Assembly: GCA_965178125.1 (NCBI GenBank)
Contig: OZ237737.1
Location: 806,001-870,000 of the forward strand
Length of the DNA stretch: 64,000 bases
Reading direction: 5' to 3'
Source of the DNA: Bilabrum cf. latius
Taxonomy: Eukaryota
Part shown: in pieces, positions 52,001 to 63,000 of the stretch
How the letters are laid out: each line of letters opens with the position of its first letter
Position numbering within the stretch: position 1 is the first letter of the stretch
Notes under the pieces: generated by a model
Told to the model about the DNA's origin: nothing
The model's input: only the letters and a program-made list of their open reading frames with translations
The model's database searches: none
Translations under genes and position numbers: made by a program

Positions 52001-53824
52001 CACGTGTCTGAGGATTTCAACGCGGAGTTCGTTCACATGGAGCCCTACGGCATGCAGATCGCGAGAGCGATACATGCAGGCGTGTCAACGCTGGTCAAGT
52101 CAGCAGCAGCCGCGAGGGTCGGAGAGATTGGCGCCGGGCTAGCTGCAGCCAAGATGGTGCAACATGTCCTGAACAATTAGCTGCGAAAGCAATTGCTGCC
52201 TCTTTTGGGCGGCGGTGTGGAGCTGACAGAAGGAGACACAGCCAGCACCGGAGCAGGCGTATTGGAGGGCACTACTAGCGGAAGGACGCCGTTGATGGAT
52301 GCAGGTCCTCTCGGCATTATGTCAGGGCTAGCGGCTGCAAGCGATGCAAGCCTGGTTCTTGCAGGTGCACTGCTTGATGGCTCTTCTCCTAGGCACCTCG
52401 AATCGTCAAGGGCAGCTGCCTACGACGCTTCGAGGTCGGTGGGAGCCGTGCTTCGAAGGTCCATGCAGCGCTTCGAGTGGTCCGTGAGGAGGCATTTACT
52501 GCCCGACCTGGCAAGGCGGCTTCCGGCTCATTTGCTGCCCCCTTCGCTGCCTGGCATCGATGATATCGCGCAGGACCACGCAAGCGGTGACGGGATGCCT
52601 GCACATGCAGGGGGGCACTCCACGGGTGGTGACCCGCACGAGAACGGCCTGGAGGAAGCGAGAGAGGCGTTGTATGTAGCTGTGCAGCACGAAAAGGCAA
52701 AGGAAGAAGAAATTCGCGGAAGCAGTCCGAGTCGCCGTGGTAGAGGTGAATCGCATGACCACAACCAGTTGCGCTACCCTGATGATGACCGGTACGATGA
52801 GTATCCCGCCGACGCCCCTGCCACACTGGACCGCGAGCTGCATGATGTGGACCGCGTCTGGAGCCGCCCGCCCAACTGGACCCTCTCTGGCAGCCATAGC
52901 GACGGTGGTCCTGGCTTTGGCATGGGACGCGGGCGCACGCGATCGCAGCTTCATCGGCCGGAGCAGGTGCACGTGCCCTCGATGTCGCGGGACTGGCTCG
53001 CAGGGGAGTTGGCGGCCGACTGGCTCAGCTGCGCCCTGAGGCATAGCCTGGCGGCTGTTTTGTGGGCGGAGGTGGGAGTGCATCGCACGAACGTGTCGAT
53101 CACGCCGGACCTCCGTTGGGCCGCCACAGGTGACGGCGGCAGCATCTCCCGCCCTGTGCAGGACCTTCTCCATGGACTGTGGCCCTCAAGTGGGATGCAG
53201 CTGCATGTGTGGCTAGATGAACCCTTGGACTACTCGTCGTTCAACCAGGGTGCGCGGGGGCTGGCGGCTCTGGAGGAGTCCATCCACTCGATGAGGCTCG
53301 GCGCCGCGGGCGAGCACGAGGCTGTGGAGCAGCTGCTCGAGCTGATCCGTGCGACGTCAGGGGTGCCCGTGGTCATAACTTCGCGGCATGCTTTGCATAC
53401 GTGTCCGTAGTACCCCTTCAAGCCCCCTTCTGCAACGAGGGATGCGGAGCTTTCAGGCAACAAGCGGCCTGCGGGTGGTAGCCGGTTTGCGGTCCGACTT
53501 GTCGACTTGTGGCAGCCTTGGCCTGGCAGTGGCACAGATGGAGCGTGTGATAACATGGAAAGGCATGCTGGGCGTGCGGCCGCGGAAGAATATATCGTGG
53601 AGGATGCGTCTTTGGCCCCCGCTCACGGCGTGGGACCCGACCACGGAGTACCGGAGCATGGGGCTCCAAAGGTGAACCCAGCGGGCGCATGCCTTGGCGC
53701 ACACGGAAGTAATCGCCCTGGAGACTAGACAGGCAGCGTAATTAGCAGAAGCATGTTGCATGTACGGGCATGGACAGGGCCCACCGAAGCAACGCGGCAA
53801 ATAAGGAAGCTAATCCGGAGCTAA
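49070..53824 (+). CDS. FOXRED2: FAD-dependent oxidoreductase, FOXRED2/ERFAD-like, with long C-terminal extension
   Basis: Signal-peptide-like start; ILGGGPAGVQ; YPKFRKLISINKRYT..EFELRHDWNSLL; VLIVGRGNAAFEVA; RLAWETHYPGDVR; SGGFVHGFRYLIRA; LYQMFGQL; FLHPV; HVSEDF. One uninterrupted frame with 12 in-frame TAG (49250, 49511, 49715, 50582, 51446, 51491, 51581, 51671, 51689, 52178, 53408, 53726), ending TAA 53822-53824. Confidence 0.88.
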
Positions 53825-54019
53825 AACTAACTTGCGACCAACTATACCTTGATCCGATCCGCAATTTTTTGGAGCAAACCGGGCAAGAAACATTTTTCGG
53901 CCGCCTCTGGTTGTCGTAAGCGCGGTTCTTCGCTGCGTTTTCGCTTCTCTGGGTAGTTTGTATATAAATAAGTTACATCTCTTGGCTTGATCCCCTTGAA
54001 AAGCTTTGGTTTCGGCTCA

Positions 54020-57000
54020 ATGCTGAGAATGACCGCTGGACTTGCGCTCGCCGCCACGCTAGTGGCGGCTGCGTTCGCTCAGTTGGTCCCAGACAAGGCT
54101 TTAGGAAGCAAGATGGTTGATTTTTGGGACAGTGAGGACTTTGGGTGCTGTGAAAGCTCTGGAAATATGGTATTTGCTGCGAGAATTTCGAGATACGGTT
54201 GAATCGGAACTTGAGTCTGCGAACGGCCAATTGCAATTCTACCCTTTTTCGTGACATTTCGCAGCGACGAAGTTCTCCAAGACTAGTACTCAGTACCCTT
54301 CCACATGGGAGAGCTGGAGGGGCCGCACTATGTCTTAGGTGAGTAGATTGCCTCGAATGAGATGCATCTCGGTGCTCGGCAACATCGCTCATGGTCGTGG
54401 TGATGCTTTCCTTGCCATTTGTGTCGCAGTCGAACTCCCGCAATCGCCCCCGCACCTACACGCGTCGTTTAAATTGCCAACCGTAAGTTACTTGGGCGAA
54501 GATTGCTGAATGCCTCGCACAATGTTGCTATACTGCCTCAAGTGAACCAATGTTCCTGTGGGCGTCACGGTCGGTTTCGATTTTTCATCGCCCAATAGAA
54601 CGAATGGTTTAATGATTATCTGAATCAATAATTAATTTTCGTCTCTCTCGCAGGGGCATGTTTTTCGATTCGTTAGGCAACAAGTTCATGACAACCCCAA
54701 GCGACGACCAACTGGATTTGAAGGGTTCCGGTTAGCATGTGAGATTGGTCGCTTGATTCGCGCTTGAGCAGCTAAGCCAATGAATGTTTTCAGATTTGTG
54801 TAGATTTGATATGTACTATACTGTGCCGGCTTATATTCGCAGGGGCACATCATATATGTGGTCGGAAGTTCGTGGTACTCCACTACGCGAGGCACCATGC
54901 TGCGCAAGGGCCCGCCTGTTGGTGCTCGACGCACTTACTGGGAGATGTTCCAGCAGCTCTCGACGTCTAGCCAGCGTTTTGGCTTCGTGGCGTCCTCTGC
55001 CTACACAACTAATGCGCGTTACACGGGGGCCCAGACCCTGCCCAACTCCCCAAGCTCGGTACAGTACCATGTGTACATGGGCAGGATTTGGGTGCGCCAG
55101 TACACCGGCGGAGTGAGTTGAGCTCAAGCACATCCCATCGCTTTTACTTTTTCTTTGCTTTTTAATGTATTTGACACTGCTCAATGCCCGTCTGTCCTTC
55201 TCGCAGAGGCGGTACACGTACATTTACGCTGAGATCGATTTCAGCACGTCAGGCCTCCAGTACGGTGGCGTTGACTACGCCGGAAGCTACTACTACTACA
55301 TCTACCAGCCGTCAGCATCTACCACGGACCAAGCACGCACTATCTCAAGCGGAAGTTCGTACCCTCTGCAGGTGGGCGCGTCCTACCGCGGGTTCGAGGG
55401 CCTAATGATGGAGTTTGGGATCATGAACTCGTCGTCCAGCACTGATGAGAACCGGCTGCGTTCGTACCTCGGCACCAAGTGGGGCACCGGAGGCTGCCCT
55501 CCAGCTGACGCTGTCACAAACGGTCATGGGATTGTCGCTACTACTAGCTCGGACTACTACTGCCGAGTGCCATTCGAGAACAGGGAATGCTCCCAGGCGT
55601 GCGCGTCTGGCAAGGGAAAGCCCGTGGGTGGAGTGGCTACCAAGACATGCCAAGACTCCCAGTGGACCTCCCACGACCTGATCTGCGAGAACACTTGCGA
55701 GATGACCGAGGGTCCCGCCTTCACTGCCGGCTGCTACCGCACCGTTGTGTCGGCCGACTTCAACGGCAATGACGTGCTAAATGGCCCAATGCGCACCTTC
55801 CGCCTGTTCCCTCGGACCAGTTCTGCCCTGACTGCCGCATACATGTCTGCCTCTTCCGACGGCCGACTGAAGATGGACCCTAGGCAGTGCACTTACACCA
55901 CCGTCTACTACGCCGAGGACAACCCAGCGTGGCTCGACACCGGCGACAGCCAGCAGACTGTGACCGTGGAGGCCACCATGCAGCTCGAGTACGGCTACGG
56001 TGGCCTTGCATTCAAGATGACCGATGAGCGCACCATGATGCGCGTGCAGTACACCTACTACGGATCCACATGGTGGTACCTTTACCTGATCATGCAGGTC
56101 GGTGGCAGGTACACGTATCTCGGCAGCATCTACTACTACACTCGTGATAAGCCCCCGATCTATGTGCCCCAGCGCATTGCTGATGCTCGCTTCAACGGCT
56201 ACCGCAACATCACATTCGAGCAGTTCTTCGACGATGCCAAGGAGCAGGCTCGCCTTGCTGGTCACGGCAACCGCCACGCTGAGTTCATCATCCGTGCCCG
56301 CGTGAAGGCCCAGAACGTCAAGGTGTGGCTGCTGCCCCTGGATGCCACCCACGGCATGGCCAAGGAGGGCGCCACCTCGGACACCCATGAGGTGCGCAAC
56401 GACATCGACAGGTACTACGGATATGATGGGCAGTTCTCGCCGCTGTGGGGACCTCAGAATGGGCTTAGGAACAAGGATGGTGATGATGCACCCGACAAGA
56501 TCTTCACGGCCAACGAGGAAGAGACCCTGGACGACACGAAGCCTTTGTGGGAGTTCAACCGCAACGACATCCAGGCTGGTACTGCCGGCATGTACGTGTA
56601 CGGCACTGCCTACTTCGACAACTATCGCGTCTCGACGTCTTGTGGTGCCGGCAGGTCATGCCTGAACGTGCGAGGGTACAAGGGCAACGGGTGCACGTGG
56701 GGCTGCGCCGAGGGCTTCCTGCCCAAGAACGTGTCCGAGCAGTCTGCCATGTGCAACCATGAGGGCAACGGAGAGGTAGCCTGGTCGAGCCAGGGCGTGC
56801 AATGCAAGCTGATTCCGCCCACCTTTGACTCCAACCACCCGCCGCTTGAGGTCCGCGAGGACGCCACCGCAGACACCCCGATCGGGCTGCCCATCGCTGA
56901 TTCCGTGACTACCAATGCATCCGATGCTATCACGCTCATCTACAACCTGACTGATGGCTACTAGGATGACAATGGCAACACGCTGTTTTACATCAGCGGC

Positions 57001-60000
57001 TGCAGCGGTCAGGTGTACCTGGCTCGTGGACGCACCCTCGACTACGAGACGGACCCTGTCAAGTTCATCACAGTGCGTGCCACCCCTTTGCAGCAGCCCG
57101 AGCAGGGAGCCGAGTTCCGTATCCCGGTGTACCTTATCGACGTGGACGAGCCCCCGCTGTTCATTGAGCAGATGAACTTCACCCAGGCGATCCGGACTGT
57201 GCCCGAGAACGCTGCCCCTGGGTCTGCCTTCCCCGACGCGAAGCTGACGGCTATCGACCCTGAGGGCAAGGACGAGGACACGGAGTACTCGATCTTCTCG
57301 ATGGATCAGGATGCTGAGGTGGGTGGCCCCGACGGAGAGCCACTGTTCACGATCGACCCTGATGACGGCACGCTGCACGTGGGTCCTGCCGGCGGGCTGA
57401 GCTTCGAGCGCTTCAGCGAGTACAAGCTGCAGGTGCGGGCCACTTCGAAGGTGAATGCCGCTATCTTCTCCCAGATGGCTGTGACGATCCGTCTGGAAGA
57501 TCGCAACGACGCCCCGATGTTCCCCGAGGACATCCAGGAGATCACGGCTCGCTTCTCGCAGCTGGCCGACATGGCCTGGGTCGGCACCGACACGATCGCT
57601 GTGGAGGACGAGGACGTGAACTCGACTGTGTTCGTGCAGCTGCTGCAGAGCTCCACCGGAGTGGTGCATCGCGACCTGCCCGGGCCTGGCTCAGACATCA
57701 CTCGCAAGAACTACGTGGGCATCGAGGGTGGAGAGCCTGGCAACGCCACCGCTGGTCGCTTCTACTGGACTGAGGCGCCCAACGCGACCGCCGATATCAG
57801 CTGGACGGACCAGATCTACGATGGTCAGTTCGTGCGCCTGGTGTACACCGTGAAGGTGAACGCCACTGACAACTACGGGGCCACGACGATCGGCGACGTG
57901 CGCATCATCCTGGTGTCCGACGAGAGCGGCGGCACTGACAGGCCGCTGGTGGAGTCCGTGACTATGCCGACTGGCACCGCCTTGACCACGTCTGGTGGCG
58001 AGACCCTGCGTTTCGCCGGATCTCGCTTCTCGCGGGCCACTAGCTTCCGTGTGGTGGGCACGAACGCGATCGGACGCAGGTACGAGACCACCAGCTGCAC
58101 TGCCCCCGACGACAACACCCTGAACTGCGCAGCACCCGAGGGCACTGGTCTGTGCAACTGGGTGGTGTACGCGATGGTGAACGGCGAGGAGATCCGCAGC
58201 TTTGCCATCGGGCGGATGGAGTTCACGTACCAGGCTCCCAACATCACGGCCGTGACCATGGACCAGGTGGCCATCAATGCAGGTGGGCTGAACACCAAGG
58301 GCGTGGGCTCTGGGTCTTCGCATGAGCTGAACAGCAAGTTCGTAATCACTGGCACTGACCTGGGCAGCGACCCGCAGGCTGTGATGGTGTACGTGGGCCG
58401 GGTGACCCCTACCTCTAGCGAGTACCGGTTCGTGTCAACGTCGATCGAGAGCGCCGACCATGGCTCTCTGCTTGTGGGTGCCCCTGAGGGCATCGGTGCT
58501 GAGCTGCACATCCGGGTATCTGTGGGCGGGCTGATCGTCGATGCGCCCGACAGGCAGACCGTGACGTATGCTCCTCCTCGCGTGATCAGCCTGCGCTCTG
58601 GCATCACGAGCTCGTACACGTACAACCACAACATGGAGCCGGAGGGGTGGTCGTGGGAGGCCGAGTACCAGACCAGGTACGACCAGGAGATCGCCCGTGG
58701 CGACACTCATGAGCAGGCACATGCTGATGCTACCAGGTATGCTGACTCGAGGCGCATCTGGAACCGGTTCATCATCACCGGCGAGAACTTCGGTCCCATG
58801 GAGGTGCTTGGAGCTGAGACCAGGCCGCTTGTGTACTTCGGCCCCGACTGCTCCAGGCAGTTTGAGCTGCTGAGCTGCGAGCTTACCCAGGCATCCACCC
58901 AGATCACGTGCGAGGGATATACGCGCGGTGCTGGCGCCCGGCACGGCCTTTCTGTCACGATCACCGACAACACGAACGTGGTGCTTGCGCCTGACATCCT
59001 GCAGGACGAGCAGTGCAGCCACGAGGAGAGCACGCTGCCGTCGACCAACATCGTGTACCGGACCAGGTCGCTGTCGTACAGGCCGCCCCAGGTGTATCAG
59101 CTCATCAACCCGCCTCAGCAGGGCAACACTGCCGGTGGCGATGTGGTGCGCATCCGTGGCCGGTACTTCGGGAACCCCAGCTCCGAGCTGCCCGTGACGG
59201 CGTACTACGGCCCTGACCCTGTCTACCGCTGGCCCAACTACCCTGGTGACCAGCTGAAGGCGACTGCCGGTACTGAGTCCATCGAGGCGTCCACCTGTGT
59301 GGTGCGCAGTGACGACATCATCGACTGCCAGATGGCAGCTCTGCCTGAGTGGATGGACGCCAACGGCCCGCATGCATGGACCGTGGAGGTGGGTGGCCAG
59401 GTGGCTCTGTGGAGCCGTGGCTTCACCCGGTACGGTTTCCCCACTGTGACTGGGCTGACCGGCGAGGGTGCTGTGCGCGCCAACACCACGGGTAGCCAGA
59501 AGGTGGTGATCGATGGCCGCAACTTCGGTCCCGTGGTGCCCGACACGGTGAACTACATCGCGCAGGTGGCAGACCCGGGAGGCATGAACTCGACCTACGA
59601 GGGTCGCGTGAACGTGTCGCTGGCCCAGGGCCTGACCATGGCCCCTGCGCCCGCTCTGGGCGATGGCTCTGGCCTGGTGGTGCTGGACCCCCGTCGCGAT
59701 TGCGTGATGACACAGGCGCACTACCAGCTGGAGTGCATGACCCTGCCTGGCGCTGGTCGCGCCCTTGAGTGGATCGTGGTGGTGAATGGTGAGCGGTCTC
59801 GCGTGCCCCAGGCATCGTACAAGGCCCCGACCGTGAACGAGATCATGATGCCCGGCACACCCACGGACCGTCGTGTGGAGGACGCTGATTCGGCTGGCGG
59901 CACCTGGGTGCTGGTGACTGGTCAGAACTTGGGCCCCCCCACCCGCGATATGTATGACCCCGAGCAGTCGTCCGGTGCGATGGTGCAGTGGGTGGAGTAC

Positions 60001-63000
60001 GGCAAGACCGCGACTGGCGAGTGGAACAGCGCGCTGAACTACACGGTGATCTCCCATGAGCAGATCATGGTGCAGCTGGGCCCCGGCATCGGGCGTGATT
60101 TCCAGATTCGCGTGTCTGTGGCCGACCAGGTGAGCGAGGCGAGCGGTGACGGCGGCAACGACCCCCGCGGTACGTTCGACTTCAGCCTGCCCACGCCGCT
60201 GTACGTGACCCCGAATGTAGGCAACCCCAAGCCCATGCCTTGGAACTCGGAGACCCTGGTGATGTTCGCCAGGCATTTGCCGCCGGCCAGCGACCCCACT
60301 TCCGCCGTGGTTGGCCTGTGGGACCCCAGCTTCCCCCCTCGCCCCGCCTCTCTGGAGGATGACTCCATCCCCGATGACGACGAGGGCAAGACTCAGGACC
60401 GCGAGCAGTACGAGCAGGCTGTGCGGAGCTACCTGGGCTCGCTGGTGCCCATCCATGCCGAGCAGCTGGTGAACGATTCCGCCGCTTGCGTGTTCGTGGA
60501 CACCCTGGACCGCGGTACGGTGAACAACCTGTGGCAGCAGTACGATGTCGGTGGGAAGGTGGCTGGGTACCAGTCGGGCCAGGGCCTGCCCCTGGACGTG
60601 GGCGCTGTGCGTGTGGTGGTGCCTCCTGGGTTCGGCCGGGGCCACGTGCTTGGCCTGGGCCTCGTGGGCATGGACGCTGCGACCGGCATGGTGGCTACGA
60701 ACGCCGAGGTGGAGTCCCGGTCTGACTGGGAGAGCCTGAAGCAGTTCCACTACAATGAGCCGGAGCTGGACTTCCCCGAGATGACCACCGTGGCTGTGTC
60801 TGGCGACGATGAGCTCAAGCTACAGGCCACCCGTGCCTTCGGTGGACAGCCTTCAGAAGCTGATTCGTTCTCTCGCAACATCTGGGAGGTCACGCTACGC
60901 GGCCAGAGGCTGTCGGACTGGTTCGAGCTGCTTCCCGACCAGGACGCTGGTGCCACGGAGACCCCGTACCGGCTGATCACGCTGGAGCCCGGGCCGGATC
61001 ACATGGAGCCTGTGCCTGGCGGGAACCCTGTGGCCGAGGGCCGCACGCTGATGTTCTACAAGGGCAACTTCGCCGAGGACACTGCCAGTGGCAACGTGAG
61101 CGCTTCTGGTTGGATCTCGCACGTGCAGCAGACGCAGCTGCCCGCTGATCAGCGGGAGTTCCAGCTGATCGCGTGGCGCGATGACATGATCAGGCTGTGG
61201 GTGCGCGCCGGCACCTTCACGGTGCGTGCTGTGGTGGAGACGACGAACAAGCTGGACGAGGTGAAGGGCACCGTGCCCGCCACCGAGCACACGTACACGA
61301 CCAAGGACGTGGTGGTCTCTCAGGAGGCTCCCATCATCTCGGACCTCGTGGGCCAGCCCCCGGGCGGGTACCCCACGACGGGCGAGGGGCACGTGCTAGG
61401 CCTCGCCTTGCCGTTCCGGTCGCTCACATCGCAGGACGAGAAGGGCGTGCTTGCGCTGTTCGGCAACGACTGTGACGAGGTCAACTACAACGACCAGCGG
61501 ATGTGCAATGGCCGTCTGCTGAACCGCCGCCAGGTCACGACCAGCCCCATCACTGCTCCCGAGCCGGTGATCTACGCTGACCCCCTCACTGGTGTGACGT
61601 ACGAGCCCGACACGACTCCTGGCGCCGAGTCTCAGTCTCGCTTCGTGACCGAGGGCAGCGGTGCTGCCACCTTCGTGCGCGCTGCCTGCGAGGCGTACTA
61701 CCAGGCAACTACCTCAGCGGCACCTCAGCTGGAGGACCTGTGCTTCTTCTGGGTACGTGTGCCGGCAGGGCAGGGCCGTGCTGTGTCCGTGCGCGTGTAT
61801 GCCGGCACCCAGCTGTCTCCCGCCGTGACCATCGACTACGCCGAGCCCGTGGTGACCGCCATCGAGGTGGATGGTACTGCCTTCGCCGGTACGTCGGCTG
61901 CCAACGCGGCCACGTTCCCGTCGACCGGTGGGGCCATCGTGCTTCAGGGCCACAACTTCGGCATGAAGGCCACCGTGACATTCGGCGATTCGTACTCGCT
62001 GGTGGCGTGCAGCCAGGCTGCCATGACGAACAACTTCGTGGGCTTCAGCTCAAGCGACTGCGATGCCACCATCACCATGGACTCTGCCACCTCCGGCATG
62101 GCTCGCATCACGGTGGATGCTCCTCGCGGCCAGGGCGCATACGATGAGCTGGTGCTGGTGGTGGACCACGGCCTGGGCCACGACTCTGACCCTGTGCGCT
62201 TCAAGTACGAGATGCCTATGATCTCGAGCGTGGTGCTGGCCACGGAAGATGCCGGGGATGTGGAGCAGTCCATGTTCGGATCTCTGGGAGCCCGCGATGT
62301 GGAGGTGGGCCAGGACAGTCAGGGCAACCCCTTCACGAACGGATACCGCATGCCCACCACTGGCATCGACCTGGATGACCAGCACTACCAGGCTCTGGAC
62401 AGGTATGGCGTCAAGGCAGATCTGTGGATCGTGATCCGCGGGTCTGGTCTCGGCCAGTACCACCCCCTGGTGTACCCCGTGGACGAGTCCGCGCGCGTGT
62501 ACATCGGGCGCAACGATGCCGCCGGCGAGATAGAGGTGGACAGCATGTACGTGGTGCGCGACATCACGACTGAGGGCGCGGGTGAGTCTCTGATCGCCGT
62601 GCCTCTGCCCGAGGGCGGTGGTGCCGACTACTACGTGCGCGTGGTGGTAGCAGGCCAGGAGTCCAACGTCTACACGGGTGCGTTCAGCTATGCCCGGCCC
62701 GTGATCCAGTCTGTGGAGGTGATCACGTCTGCCATGAGCGATGGCTCGCTGCCCGCCGTGTCGAGCAACTCCCTGACTGTGTCTGCTCAGACCCTGTCTT
62801 TCAGTAGCTCTGGCGGATTCCTGGAGGCGCCCCCCACGGGAGGTGCTGTGGTGCGCATCCGTGGGCGCAACTTCGGCCGCCAGGTGCTTGCCCAGGCTGA
62901 CTCGCAGGGCCGCGAGACCGGCAAGGTGCAGTGCGCGTTCCTGAGCCACATCGACCCTCCCCCGAGCTGGGTGCCTACCTCTGGTGCCAGGCCCATCCCC

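Noticed and set aside
4536-53824. Genes are pseudogenes riddled with nonsense mutations (decay, deamination or RIP)
   Set aside because: Decay would also create TGA, TAA and frameshifts. Only TAG occurs, in housekeeping genes too, and motifs downstream of the TAGs remain conserved.
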